This document shows positions 43,191 through 56,659 of a stretch of 64,000 nucleotides of DNA, in pieces. Each line of letters begins with the position of its first letter. Within the stretch, counting starts at the first letter, position 1. The DNA comes from Octopus vulgaris (Eukaryota), in contig OX597822.1 in assembly GCA_951406725.2 (NCBI GenBank), forward strand, positions 49,104,001 to 49,168,000, read 5' to 3'. A model generated the notes under the pieces. The model did not search any database. It saw only the letters and a list, made by a program, of their open reading frames with translations, and was not told where the DNA came from. The translations under genes and the position numbers were made by a program.

Positions 43191-43620
43191 CTTGTTGGTG
43201 TTGTTAATTTTTACTATCGAGTCTGATCAACTTGAGCTGATGAGTTGTCAAAGTTGTTCTGTATGTGGACGACATTTGTTTCTCATATTAGGACACTAGA
43301 GAGTGATATGACGAAAATTTGGTTGATAATTCCAGTAAGTCGGGTGATATCGTAAATGATCTGTGGTTGTCTCCTGATGGAACTAGCAGAACAGAAAGAT
43401 AAAGTTGAGGTACGACTACGTCTAAGATCAATATGAAGGCTTAAATGTACCAGAACATACTATTATGTATTTGTGCAGCACTGTAACATCGATGAACGTC
43501 CATTGATATATTACTGTTTGCAACTGTTTTTGTCATGGAGAATAAGAGTCGCTTTCGAAACCCTGATATTTCTTTGGTCTGCAACCTGGCTTCACCAGCT
43601 ACAACACACAATATATTCAT

Positions 43621-43672
<52 letters not shown>

Positions 43673-44847
43673 TTCACATACAACTTGCAATGATAAATAA
43701 ACATATGAAAACACCATTTGTGACATCGCTTGTGGCAGGAAGATACATACACATATGAATTCTTTAATTTTCTTTCACGATCTATAAAAATCGATATTCA
43801 ATTTTCCAAATATCGTTGTATTATCTGATATATCGTTGGGCCAAAAGTGCTAAGTTTAATTTCTCAAAGTTATGTTTTTGTTGTTTTTGTCAGATGATTG
43901 TTTTTTAATCTGATTTCTGTAAATATTGCGTAAAATTTCTGTGAAATCCTTCTAACCTCTAAAGATAATGCTTGTTTATATAAAACAGTTGGATCATTGT
44001 AAAGTCTAAAATGAAACCAAAAACTACATACTTTTTATTTTAAATATATTGTATGCCTCCTTGAATGGTGGTCTTCTTGATGATTTAAAATTTTTTTATT
44101 GTATACACACACAAACACACGCATAAACTGAGCTCTGTATTAACAAAGTCTATGTATTTATTTTATTGAAATTTGAAACAAGATAACAGGAATAACTTAT
44201 ATATGCTCATTCTGTTTGAAGCATTGTAAAAATTAAAGAAAATGATTGGAAAGGACAGATGAAAAAACAAAGGGACGGGGTTAATTGCACTAAGGGTGAA
44301 GAATCCAAAATTGGTCAGGAGTAATGATTAGAGCAATGTTTTAATAAATTATTAACGGTTCGACATTCGCGGTCCCGGTTATTTGCAGAACTAATAATTG
44401 TTCGTGGAAACCACCGCATATTCGCAGGATCGTAAATTTCGTCCGCGATTTTTTATGGTTATTTTCGTGGCAATATATACATTTTCACACTTTTCAAGGC
44501 TAAATTATTAATAATAATACACTGTATTTGTCGGTTTATTGGACGTCCCTTCGCAACTGAAGCTCTGATTAGAATAGCTGCACATCACATCGCTTGATTC
44601 TTAAAATTCCTGCTGTCAATCAAAACTTGCTTAATTAGTATAGCAACATCTATTTATGTTTCCCACACACACACATACACACACACACACACACACACGC
44701 GCGCACACACACACACGCACACACATACTCTCCCTATCTCACTGTATTTGTCTCTCAACAACAACAACCTCTCGTTGTAGTGAAAGTATATATATATATA
44801 TATATACTTGGAAAAGGAAGTGTGGCGTACAATCATATAATAATATA

Positions 44848-44884
<37 letters not shown>

Positions 44885-44930
44885 TATATATATATATACG
44901 TATATGTACATACTTACATTTATACGTATA

Positions 44931-45760
44931 TACATATGCATATGTGGGCAGAGGACGTCACAAAACGTAAACAACAAAAAATATGAAGTACGAGGACATG
45001 GAATATGAACGTTTTTGAACGACGAAAGGAAAACATGGAAAACAAGGCAAACAAAACAAAGAACAACCCTTCATCAGTTGTTGGCTGTTTTTCTAATCCG
45101 TATTTCATGCAATTCACGACAAGATACGCCTTCGATAAAACAGTTGGTCCGCAAAGCAAATTTAATAAAATTTGGGATTTTGCGGAAGATCAAAATTGGT
45201 GACAAAAACAGCACAATGAAAACAAACAGGTAGGGGTGCTAAGGCTGAACGGGGTTGTGGTGGCGAACGCGAAGAAAGAAGCTTGGACAGGTGACAGACA
45301 AAAATACGTCTTCCTCGTCCAGCCGCAACAGGAAGAAAGAATGAAACATAAGCTAGGAGAAGAAAGAAAAATGGCCGATGGTCACGTGGGAGCAATGTGA
45401 GCAAAGGAGGAAGAGTGAGGAAGAGAGAGCAACAGACAGATAACTGTGAAGGGGAGAGGAAAAAATTTGAAGAAAGGATAAGAGAGAAAAAAAGAGAGAG
45501 AGAGATGGGGAGGTAAAAGAATAAGAGAAAGGAAGAATGAAAACGAAAGAATAAGGGGATACAATAGTGGGAGAAGAGAAGGTAAAAGAATAAGAGAAAG
45601 GAAGAGAGAAAAAACGAAAAAGCAATAGGTAGAATAGAGATGTTCCTTGTGTTGTTTGTCTCGTTCGTTGTTCGCAAAAAATTCACATTCCATCTCCTCG
45701 TACTTCGTATTTTTTGTTGTTTACGTTTTGTGACGTCCGGTGCCCACATATGCATATGTA
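44931..45760 (-). mobile_element. non-coding fold-back element, family A, with about 105-bp terminal inverted repeats in a TA-rich microsatellite
   Basis: catatgcatatgtgggca..ggacgtcacaaaacgtaaacaacaaaaaata..gaagtacgagga at both ends in inverted orientation. Confidence 0.8.
45066..45128 (-). ncRNA. non-circularly permuted hammerhead-like motif
   Basis: CGUAU-C-UUGUCG..GAA-AUACG..CAACAA-CUGAUGA; intact core; stem III differs from the 31067 copy but still pairs. Confidence 0.7.
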
Positions 45761-45788
45761 TCTCTCTCTCTCTCTCTCTCTCTCTCTT

Positions 45789-45851
<63 letters not shown>

Positions 45852-45932
45852 GTATATATATATGTAAGTATGTATGTGTACGTATGTATATATGCATATA
45901 TATATTATTTATATTATATATATATCCTGCTA

Positions 45933-46146
45933 TCCTTTTACTTGTTTCAGTCATTTCACTGCAGCCATGCTGGAGCACCCTCTTTACTCGAACACATCGA
46001 TCCCAGGACTTATTCTTTGTAAGCTTAGTACTTATTCTATCGGTCTCTTTGGCTGAACTGCTAAGTTATGGGGACGTAAACACACCAACATCGGTTGTCA
46101 AGCGATGGTACGAGAACAAACACAGACACACAAACATATACATACA

Positions 46147-46223
<77 letters not shown>

Positions 46224-46232
46224 GATGGGCTT
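45933..46232 (-). mobile_element. OR-like SINE, 5' truncated
   Basis: SINE tail, central microsatellite, then cgatgggcttc. Confidence 0.85.
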
Positions 46233-46310
46233 CAAAAACTGTGTAGTAAATAAACATATGATCATATACTAAATACACAGACGCAGAGAAGACACAAAAG
46301 GTCACGAACA

Positions 46311-46370
46311 CCTCTTCAGTTATCGGCGAGGGGGTCAAGTTCCACTCTGGAGGCACCGGCAAGAAACTTG
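46311..46370 (-). ncRNA. degenerate permuted hammerhead-like motif in an unclassified non-coding repeat (about 46235-46740)
   Basis: CAAGU(UU)-C-UUGCCGG..GGA-ACUUG..CCGAUAA-CUGAAGA. Confidence 0.5.
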
Positions 46371-46749
46371 CCGGGAATGGGACCAAAACATAACAAAATG
46401 AGACGGGCTCAAGATGAGACCGCTAGTAAACGGACGAGGGACAAAACGATAAACAGAATAAAGGCTTAGGGTCACACGAAAAGAACAATTAAAATGATAA
46501 TAATGCATATACAGCAAAAAAAAAAAAAAGCCTTAGGACTGCACGACAGGACAAAAATGGGTAACGCGAAGGAGGAATGAAAACTGTTCTAAAAGACTAT
46601 AAACACGGGAGGGTAGAGTGAGGAGCTCAGAAAACAGTGACCAGACCAGTCGAAGGCAACACGAAAATGAATGACACCGCCTTAGGCCGTCACGGATCAC
46701 GTGATAGTGGGAGGAGAGTAACAGAGTAAGGCAATCACACCTATATTTT

Positions 46750-46986
46750 TGGGGCTAGCGATGACAAATGAAATATACCAGCGCTGTTTTTTAAAAAATC
46801 ATCGCTACATTTGATCATTCACATTGTTTATTTCAACAGGATAATTTTCAAGTTCGTGAACGAATATAGCCTCATTGAAATTAGGTTACTTGCTGTTCCC
46901 TATCTCTCTCTCCGACTCCACCTCTCTCTTTCCCACCACCTCTATCTCTTTTCTACCCTTCCCCCTCTTATTAATATAGTATAGAT
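46750..46986 (-). mobile_element. possible Helitron 5' fragment
   Basis: Minus strand starts a-TCtatactatattaataag, a typical Helitron 5' terminus; no 3' CTAG end identified. Confidence 0.3.
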
Positions 46987-47049
46987 TACTGTATCGTGTG
47001 GTAATACAAACTAAATTTTTCAACACTATGATTATTTTTATTATCTGCT

Positions 47050-47880
47050 CAATCTCCTATTGGTGGTATGCGCATATTAGACGCAATGAAGTTTTTTGTA
47101 GTTATTTTTGGAAAAACTGCGTCCCGTAGCTATCTCCAGATTTTTGTTGAGCGCTGTGTTTTTTGCAGCGTGTTATTAAGGCTCTAAGATGCCGCTTAAA
47201 CACCCTACACCTTCTAAGGCAGTGAACCTAAGCATCAGAAAAAGGTCATGACGTTCCATGAAAAGGCACATTACTGGATATGTTCCAGGAAGGTAAAAGT
47301 TATGCTGCAGTAGGTCGCTGTTATGTTCTCAACGAAAGCACCATACGCTACATAATACAGAAAGAGGTGGCGATCAGGACTACTGTAGTAGTAAGTTTCT
47401 GTGAATGTGCCAAAAAGATAACGATAATAAGAAATAAGCACTTCGTCAGGGTGGAATCTACCCTGGCATTGTGGATCAGTGACGGCAAGAAGAAAAACAT
47501 CCCCTTGAGCGGTAACATTAATAGAAAACACGGAAATTATACCAGCAGTTTCACAGAGGAGACGGAGCAGAAAGCAACGAAAAACTGCTGCGAAAACCAT
47601 TGACAGCTTCCGTGACCGAAGATGTTCGAACCAGAAAGGGACGGTTTAACCGTTTCCAGAAATGGTTTAAAATAAAGTGTGTTTACCCGCATGGAGAGAC
47701 AGCATCAGCCGACAAAGAAGCCGACAAAAAAGTACCTCGAGACCTTCAGGCAGATCATCGATACAAACCGGAACAGGTTTTCAATATATGTTTCACCCCT
47801 CAAACTAAAGAATACCTCAAAAATGTTTGCATGGAATTCAAGGTGTTCCTTGTTATGGATAATGCTGGTGGTCACTCAAT
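47050..47880 (+). mobile_element. internally deleted pogo/Tigger fragment
   Basis: QKKVMTFHEK, YVLNESTIRYI, KGRFNRFQK, HGETASAD, YKPEQVFN, FKVFLVMDNAGGH. Confidence 0.8.
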
Positions 47881-49372
47881 GCTACGGCAATCCAACAGTA
47901 AACTAAGACGGATGCATTTTTCAAAACACTGGAAGACGCCCTACTTGCTGACCCACCGGAAGGCAATGTTCAGCCGAGATGGGATTCTCTCGGGGACATC
48001 ATCTATAGCACTGCACTGAGAGCGTTTGGAAGGAGGAGGAAGATGACACAAGACTGGTTTGAGGTGAATGTGAAACTCAATACCCCCATGGAGGAGCATG
48101 CTGTCCTGCTATAGCACAAACACCGACCTACCAGGGCAATGCTGCAAGTATTGAAATCAGCAAGGCACAGCATGTAGAAGACAGTGAAGCGATGTGCAAA
48201 TAACTACTGGTTACAGGTATGTGTAGATATCCAACTGTCGTCTGACACGGGCAACGTTCATGGAATGCATGAGGGTATCAAGAAAGCCATCGGCCCAACC
48301 CAGAGCAAGATAGCTCCACTCACATCCAGAACAAGGGAAGTTATCAGGGGCAAAAGAGCGCATCGGAAGAGCTGGGTGGAACATTATTCCGAACTCTAAG
48401 CCAAAGAAACCAACATCTCGGACAGTGCCCTAGACACTGTAGAACACCTACGTGTCATGGAGGAGCTAGACACACTGCCAACTGCCGAAGAACTGAGCAG
48501 AGCCATTGATGGCTTGCTCAGTGGAAAAACACCGGGTTTAGTGGCATCCCGCCAGAGATCAGATGTTCAAGGCAAGTTCTACTTAGCTACTTGATGAAGC
48601 TACTATGTCAGAAGCTAGTATGTCAGTTATGCTGAAACATGCATTTGGGACATCAGCTGATGGTGTTTACCTTCACACCAGATCAGACGGTAAACTGTTT
48701 AGTCTGTCGATGCTGAAAGCAAAATCCAGGATATAACAGGAACTCGTCAGAGAAATGCTGTTCGCGGACGATGCGGCACTCACAGTGCACTCTGAAGAAC
48801 AAATGCAACACCTCGTGGACAAACTCTCAAAGGCCTGTCAGGAATTCAGCTTATCAATCTGATGAAGACCCAAGTAATGAGCCAAAATGTCAAGCACCTC
48901 TCCACCACCACCACCACCACCATCTACAACTACAAGCTGGAGGTAGTCCATCAATTCACCTATCTTGGCTGTACCATCATTGATGACTTCTCCCCGGACC
49001 CTGAGATCAACAGACGAATCGGACAAGCATCCTCTATATTTGTCAGGCTCACAAAGAGAGTCTGGGAAAGCAAAAAGCTGGCTTCAAACACCAAGATTGC
49101 CTGCGTCCTTCGTACGCTACTTTACGGCAGTGAGACGTGGAGCCTCTACTCCAGATAGGAGTGGCGTCACAATGTCTTTCACTTTTGTAATTTGAGACGT
49201 ATCTTGGATATCAAGTGGAGCGACCGCATCACCAACACCTAAGTCCTCAACCAAGCCAAGATACCCAGCATTCTCACCTGCTCCAGAGCTTCGTTTGCAC
49301 TTGCTCGGTCATGTACATCGCATGCTGGACGGAAGGATTCCAAAAGGTTCCCTATATGGGGAACTGGCCACT
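47881..49372 (+). mobile_element. RTE-clade LINE, deleted and decayed reverse transcriptase
   Basis: QDWFEVN, WVEHYSEL, HTRSDGKLF, MLFADDAAL, FTYLGC, LLYGSETW, LGHVHRMLDGRIPK..LYGEL. Confidence 0.9.
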
Positions 49373-49574
49373 TCATTTATATGGATATGCATATGTTTGT
49401 ATATATGCGGGAGAGTGAATGTATGTCAGTATATATATATACGCATATTTATACGTATAAATATCTAAATGTATATGTATTATGTTACGTGTATGCATGT
49501 AAGCACCTATGTGTATATGAGGATGAAGGTGCGTACACATATACATACATACACACATACATATATATATATAT

Positions 49575-49623
<49 letters not shown>

Positions 49624-49753
49624 TCGTATGTATCGTAGCTCTCCGCTCTGACATTCGAAACTCCGAGTACTATAATGATAATCTTTTATTGTTTGTTCTA
49701 AATTGTAACACACACAAACACACACATATACACACACACATATATACTTACAC

Positions 49754-49784
<31 letters not shown>

Positions 49785-50383
49785 CATATCCCCCCCACAC
49801 ACATATATGTATATATATATACATATATGTGTGCATATAATATATGTATATATATATAAAGTAAATTAGAGATAAAACCACTATTAGGCAAATCAAACAG
49901 TGAAAAACATAAACCAAAACATAAAAATAAAAATAAAAAATATAATTTACAAAATTTATAAAATATAAAAATTTAAATTATTTAAATTTAAAATTATTAA
50001 TTCATATTTATATTTATATTTATAATTTAAAAAAAAAATTATCTATAACTATCAAAAAGTATTAAAAAGTTTATTATAAGATATATATATATACATTGCA
50101 TACACATACATTAATTCTGATCTATTTCTTCAATCTACCGTTATTTCCTATAATAGCTTATTCGAATAAACACGTTCTGTATCATTACCTTATCTCTACT
50201 ACTTCTGACAAAGTTAACAACCACCACAAACTTCACAATTCGAACATATCTCACCAGTAATTCACAAGCAGGTTTCAAATACAAAACTATAAATAAAATC
50301 AGTTATGTTTTTCCTATACGTAATCTAGAAAATTGATAGGTATCTACTGTAATCATACTGTTTTTATGCATACATACATACAC

Positions 50384-50654
50384 ATCTGCAGTTACTCTAT
50401 CCAGATTACAAGTTCAGGTTCATACCTGTAATTATTGGGGCCCTGGGATATGTAACATACTGCCTAAATACCAATCTTGAGAAATTAGGCTTCTCGAAAC
50501 CAGAAAGGAGAAAGCTAATTCGAAGGCTACAGATCCAGTCCATCATTGGACTGTAAAAATTTGTAAAACTTTCCTGAAGTATATCATTTAAATATATATG
50601 AGCATGTCTAGATATGAGAATATATACACAAAGCAAAACATACAAATCTGCACA
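50384..50654 (+). mobile_element. 3' fragment of an R4-type RLE family flanked by (CATA)n
   Basis: LQLLYPDYKFRFIPVIIGALGYV..KICKTF; (CATA)n at 50369-50381 and 50655-50740. Confidence 0.8.
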
Positions 50655-51033
50655 TATACATACATACATACATACATACATACATACATACATACATACA
50701 TACATACATACATACATACATACATACATACATACATACATGTGTATTATATATTATAGATGTATATGAATATATGCGTACACACACATATACGGATACA
50801 AACACACATATATGGATACACGCACACGCTCATTCACATATACTGACAAGTAATGATCCATAGCAAACTTTACTGAGTGACTGAACCAAAGAAAACATTT
50901 TAACTATTCATTTTATATAGTTTTATATTCTCACAGTGATGTCCTTTATTATAAAACGAGACAGCTTTATGCATGTATATCAATGCATATATATGTATAC
51001 AGAAATGTATGCGTGAATATGTGTACGAGAGAA

Positions 51034-51061
<28 letters not shown>

Positions 51062-51065
<4 letters not shown>

Positions 51066-51425
51066 TCAAAGGTAGAACAAAAAGAACACAACACACGGAA
51101 GCCAACGAAACACAACATGCGGAAAAATGGACGATAGCACGATAAACGGCAAACAGGGCAAAAACAAAATGAATGGATTATTCGTAGTCGATTAACTCAT
51201 CAGTAAGAGTCCGGAATGTCCTTGTAGTTTCGCCTCTTTATCTCCCATACTACTCGAATCCAGGGGGCGGGGCTGGGACTTAAGCTAAAAATCTTATGCT
51301 TCTGGGAGGGGCAAACGAATGTGTACAAGGACGAGAACAGGAATGGAAACAAAAGCTAGAATTATACACGTATGACTACGTTTTCCGGCTATGCAATAGA
51401 AGCAAAAAAAAAAAGAAAGAAATTG
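51062..51425 (-). mobile_element. unclassified non-coding element ending at (TA)n and carrying a permuted hammerhead
   Basis: On the minus strand a G/T-rich tail of about 130 nt follows the motif and runs into (TA)n at 51040-51062. Confidence 0.5.
51194..51253 (-). ncRNA. non-circularly permuted hammerhead, best-preserved copy
   Basis: GUAGU-A-UGGGAG-auaaaga-GGC-GAA-ACUAC-14nt-CUCUUA-CUGAUGA-GUU; all core nucleotides, stems I and III, and a 3-bp stem II with G10.1-C11.1. Confidence 0.78.
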
Positions 51426-51433
51426 TACATATA

Positions 51434-51792
51434 GGCGCAGGAGTGGCTGTGTAGTAAGTAGCTTGCTTAGCAACCACATGGTTCCGGGTTCAGTCCCACT
51501 GCGTGGGTCGACCAAAACCTTGTGAGTGGATTTGGTAGACGGAAACTGAAAGGAGCCCGTCGTATGTATATGTATAAATGTATGTGTGTGTATATGTTTG
51601 CGTGTCTGCGTTTGTCCCCCCAACATCGCTTGACAACCGATGCTGGTGTGTTTACGTCCCCGTAACTCAGTGGTTCGGCAAAAGAGACCGATAGAATAAG
51701 TGCTAGGCTTACAAAGGATAAGTCCTGGGGTCGATTTGCTCGACTAAAGGTGGTGCTCCAGCATGGCCACAGTCAAATGACTGAAACATGTC
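51434..51792 (+). mobile_element. OR-like SINE with an internal deletion
   Basis: ggcgcaggagtggctgtg..cagtcaaatgactgaaaca; CORE segment missing. Confidence 0.88.
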
Positions 51793-52028
51793 AAAAAAAA
51801 AAAAAAAAGAAGAGATATACGAATACAAATAAGTAAATAACAGAAGGGATCTTTCGACCATCAGACGAGCGTAGTAAGCTGACGCAAAGGAAAATGGAAA
51901 CATGGAAAGAGTATATATACATATACGCATGCGTTTGTGCAAGTATGAATTAAGATTTATATACAAACTTTATTTTCAATGTGATTATAAATTTTAATGT
52001 AAATATATTTTTCAAATAACATTGAATG

Positions 52029-52059
<31 letters not shown>

Positions 52060-52135
52060 CATACATACATACATACATATATATATAAATATATATATAT
52101 ATATATGTATATACATATATACATACATACATAGA

Positions 52136-52267
52136 TACGACAGGTTTCTTTCACTTTCCGTCTACCTAATCCCCTCACAAGGCTATAGTAGAAGACACTT
52201 GTCGAAGATGCTACGCAGTGAGACTGAATCCGGAACCATGTGTTTGGTAAGCACACATCCACTCCTG
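52136..52267 (-). mobile_element. OR-like SINE, 5' half
   Basis: ttccgtctac..ggctatagtagaagacacttg..ggaaccatgtg..ccactcctg. Confidence 0.75.
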
Positions 52268-52667
52268 TATGTATGTATGTATGTATGTATGTATGTATGT
52301 ATGTATGTATGTATGTATGTATGTATGTATGTGTGTATGTATGTATGTATGTATGAATGTATGTATGTATACATATATATCTATGTATATATATATATGT
52401 ATATAAATATATATATATATATGTATATATATATACATACATACATACATACATACACATGCGTATATATCTGTATGCATATGCAAATCTGTGTGTGTGT
52501 TCCGTAAATTTAAATGGATAAAAATAAGTTAGCTTTTTCATTTACATATATAAACTTTTATTACTGAATAATTTATAGTAACATGCACACAGACAGACGC
52601 ATAGGCACAAACACACACACGCACACACACACACACACATACACACAAACACACACACGCACACACA

Positions 52668-52705
<38 letters not shown>

Positions 52706-53178
52706 AGGCGCACATACACATCCAAATTGTTTGAAATATTTCCGTTAATTTACATACATAAAACACTTAAGTATTTTAATTTCTATACATAGAATTTATT
52801 GGTGTATAATTTATTGAAACGTTCCTCTAATCTTCCCTTCTAGTCAATACTGAATACTTCACGCATAATATAATGATTTCTTTCATTTACCTTTTCTTGA
52901 AGTGGAACCAATATATATAAGTTATTTCTTTACTCTATTTAAAACTTCAAATATTTTATCAACAGATCTTTAGGTTATTTATATCTTACACACACACGCA
53001 CATACACACACACACATGCAGTCACACAGATGTACACACACACACGTGCGCGCATAAGCAGACACATACACACTTATATAATATATATATATATACATAC
53101 ACATATATATTTTTTTATATGAATGAATGGAAAACGAAAGAAAATGGCACTCAACATATTCAGCAGGTATTATATATA

Positions 53179-53415
53179 AGGCGGCGAGCTGGCAGAAACG
53201 TTAGCACGCCGGGCGAAATGCTTAGCGGTATTTCGTCTGCGTTACGTTGTGAGTTCAAATTCCACCGAGGTCGACTTTGCCTTTCATCCTTTCGGGGTCG
53301 ATAAATTAAGTACCAGTTACGCACTGGGGTCGATGTAATCGACTTAATACCTATGTCTGTCCTTGTTTGTCCCCTCTGTGTTTAGCCCCTTGTGGGTAAT
53401 AAAGAAATAGGTATT
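53179..53415 (+). mobile_element. OK-like tRNA SINE with Nin/Deu-like domain, monomer
   Basis: ggcggcgagctggcagaaacgttagc..gagttcaaattcc..gcctttcatcctttcggggtcgataaattaagtaccag..aaagaaatagg. Confidence 0.85.
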
Positions 53416-53425
53416 ATATATACTA

Positions 53426-53536
53426 TTATTTTAAATGGCTTGATTCGGCCCCACGCAGTTTAGAGTTCCACAAGATCGTTACAGAAACCCACGAAACCTG
53501 AAATTGCATGGGGCCGGATCAAACTCTTTTTAAATA
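53426..53536. repeat. short imperfect inverted repeat
   Basis: ttattttaaatggcttgattcggccccacgcagttt versus aaattgcatggggccggatcaaactctttttaaataa. Confidence 0.7.
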
Positions 53537-54237
53537 ACACACACATACACACATACACACACAAATAAACAACATATACACACATATAAACATGAAGATA
53601 TACATACACATACATATGAACAATGTATACACACACATATACAAACATGAAGATATACATGCACACACACACACACACACACACGCATATGGATGTTAGT
53701 GTAAAGTCATAATTTTAAAGTTTAAGAATACATTTACTGGCTGTTGAGATTCAACAGAAAAAGAAAGAAAGTAGAATTAGAGAGAATTCCTTTTCACAAA
53801 GACCTTCTGAAACCTTCAGCATTCAAGCCGGCCATTCTAAAACTAAACAGGCACATGATCGAAATCTCTAAACTACAAAATAATGTGAGTAAATACGTAT
53901 CATATTTGACAAGAGTAATTTGAATGCTAAAGGGTTAAACCTCAGTTGTCTGCTTAAAAATATCACCCACCCTTTGGAAGAGCCAATATCAGGTCATATT
54001 TACTTAGAACCGAAAGTGGTTTCGTTCATAAATACAGAATGGAAGCGGTGAACAGGAACTGTTATATAACGCTGTCAAACTGGCTTGTGTATTAGGAATA
54101 GAAAAATTGTCAGCACTTTTCTTACTTATTATGTATTTCAGTTATCATTTGGACTTGTAAGTCTTATTCATAGCATCATCAACAGACTGATACGTGTGTG
54201 TGTTGTTTGGTTGCCTACGTTTCTATTTCAGTCTTGT

Positions 54238-54316
<79 letters not shown>

Positions 54317-54585
54317 GTATATCTATATACAGGTGTTTATTCAAAGCAATGAATAGCTTATGAAGAAACCATGGTATGCTTTGTTTTCTGACTTTTTAAT
54401 CATCTAGTTATAATGACTTTTATGACTTTTATGACTACCTCAGTCCATCTAATTGTATATATCTGTCGTTAACTTTCATAAAAGCCTTTTCTTTTTTTAT
54501 TTACAATTTGCATTTTCGTTGACTTGTCTTATTTTCCCCTTATATTTCCACGTATATTTTATAGTTTCTTTTTGTAATATATTTC

Positions 54586-54672
<87 letters not shown>

Positions 54673-54674
<2 letters not shown>

Positions 54675-54811
54675 CGCAGGAGTGGCTGTGTGGTAAGTAG
54701 CTTGCTAACTAACCACATGGTTCCGGGTTCAGTCCCACTGCGAGGCATCTTGGGCAAGTATCTTCTGCCTTGTGAGTGAATTTGGTAGACGGAAACTGAA
54801 AGAAGCCTGTC

Positions 54812-54862
<51 letters not shown>

Positions 54863-55108
54863 AATAAAAATAGTTAACGCAGGTTTAAACAAGTATTTTT
54901 TCTTTCTACATATGTAGAAAGAAAAAATACTTGTTTAAACCTGCGTTAACTCCATTTTTATTCCTATTATTCAAATATTCAACGTAAACACGAAGTTTCA
55001 ACCTTTATAAACAAGGAGTTACAACATCTTTACTTGTGAGATTTTTGCTGCCCTGGTAACTATTCATTCATTTATCCGTGTTAATTGTTAACAAGGTAAA
55101 ATACACTC

Positions 55109-55177
<69 letters not shown>

Positions 55178-55378
55178 TGTGTCTGTGTTTGTCCCCCTAG
55201 CATTGCTTGACAACCGATGCTGGTGTGTTTACGTCCCCGTCACTTAGCGGTTCGGCAAAAGAGATCGATAGAATAAGTACTGGGCTTACAAAGAATAAGT
55301 CCCGGGGTCGATTTGCGCGACTAAAGGCGGTTCTCCAGCATGGCCGCAGTCAAATGACTGAAACAAGCAAAAGAGCAA
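54673..55378 (+). mobile_element. OR-like SINE split by an insertion in its central (TA)n
   Basis: 5' half 54673-54813, 3' half about 55170-55378, unrelated segment about 54860-55115 between TA arrays. Confidence 0.85.
54858..54967. repeat. near-perfect 110-bp palindrome with no spacer
   Basis: Centre ctacat/atgtag at 54911/54912; arms gttaacgcaggtttaaacaagtattttttctttctac. Confidence 0.92.
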
Positions 55379-55379
55379 A

Positions 55380-55416
<37 letters not shown>

Positions 55417-55424
55417 TGTATATA

Positions 55425-56358
55425 CGAGGGGGTACCCAAAAGTACCCGGAAATGTTCTCTGTCGGAATACCCATTGTAGTTCAGACTTTCGCCGCTAGAA
55501 GCCACTTGATGTGACTCTCAGGCACGAGTCTGCCGACAGGTGTCTTCGGGTGATGTCGCACTGCCTCGTGACACGACATTTTTTGGCAGTGCTTCTCGCC
55601 TGTTCGTCGATTATTGCGGTGGATGAAACGAAGGAACAACGTGCTTCCGTGAAATTCTGCTTTCTACTAGGAAGGGGTGGGGGGCAGTCGAAACAGTTGT
55701 CATGCATTCAACCGCTTATAAGGACGCTACCATGAGCAAAACACAAGTTAAGAAACGATAACTTGTTGCTTGATGACCAATCTCGTTCAGGGCGACCGTC
55801 GACCTCCCGAACGAATGAAAACACCGCATGATGTTTTCATGAACTGATTTTGGAGGACCGTCGCCGAACAATTGAGCAACATATTGATATGAGTGAAGTG
55901 CCTGCCAACGAATTTTGAGCGAGGAAAAGCAAATGGAAGGAGTTGCAGAAAAAAATTTTTGTGCCTCACTTGCTCACGGAAGATGAAAAGTAGTCACGAC
56001 TAAATGCGTGTCGTGAACGGAAAGAACAGTTGGAAGTTGATCCAAATCTTTTTTTTGAAGGTCATCACTGGTGACGGAAGCTGATGCTACGGCTACAACC
56101 CGGAAACGAAGCAGCAATCGAGACAATGGTAGCATTCAATGTCACTACGCCCCCCAAAATGTGCGTCATGTGAAGTCCAATGTCAAGACGATGTTGATTT
56201 GTTTTATCGATTCGAAAGGAATTATCCACGCAAAATTTGTTCCTCCTGGTCAAATGGAGAATACTTTCAAGGCGATAAAAGTGCAATCATGTAAAACTAA
56301 GTGAATAAACGAATAAAATAATATTACGAAATTCCGGTTTGCTTTGGCTACCCCCTCG
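55425..56358 (+). mobile_element. internally deleted mariner with both TIRs and TA flanks
   Basis: TA-cgagggggtacccaaaag ... ctttggctaccccctcg-TA; EQRASVKFCFLLG, RSGRPSTS, FVPHLL, ITGDGS..YNPETKQQS. Confidence 0.88.
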
Positions 56359-56379
56359 TATATATATAAGGATATCCAG

Positions 56380-56520
56380 CAAGGGTAATGCAGTACGATT
56401 GTTTCATGCAACTCCATTGATTTTATGTAAATTCTCTGCTCAGTTTTCTCTGTCATGAACAATGATTACATAGTTCAATTAAATGGAGTTGCATGAAACG
56501 ATCGTACTGCATTATCCTTG
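56380..56520. repeat. inverted repeat containing a hammerhead 3' half
   Basis: 56380-56418 versus 56482-56520; GAAAC-gatc-GTA in the arm; the loop holds a short mariner-derived piece homologous to about 57248-57275. Confidence 0.7.
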
Positions 56521-56659
56521 TTGCTTATTTTGATTTTAATCACCTTACTTTGAAATTGCATGGATAATACCGTACTAAATTCTGGTGTCTCAACTTAAGT
56601 ACCATATTCCATATATATATATATATATGCTATATGTATATCTCTTCTGTATCTACCAT

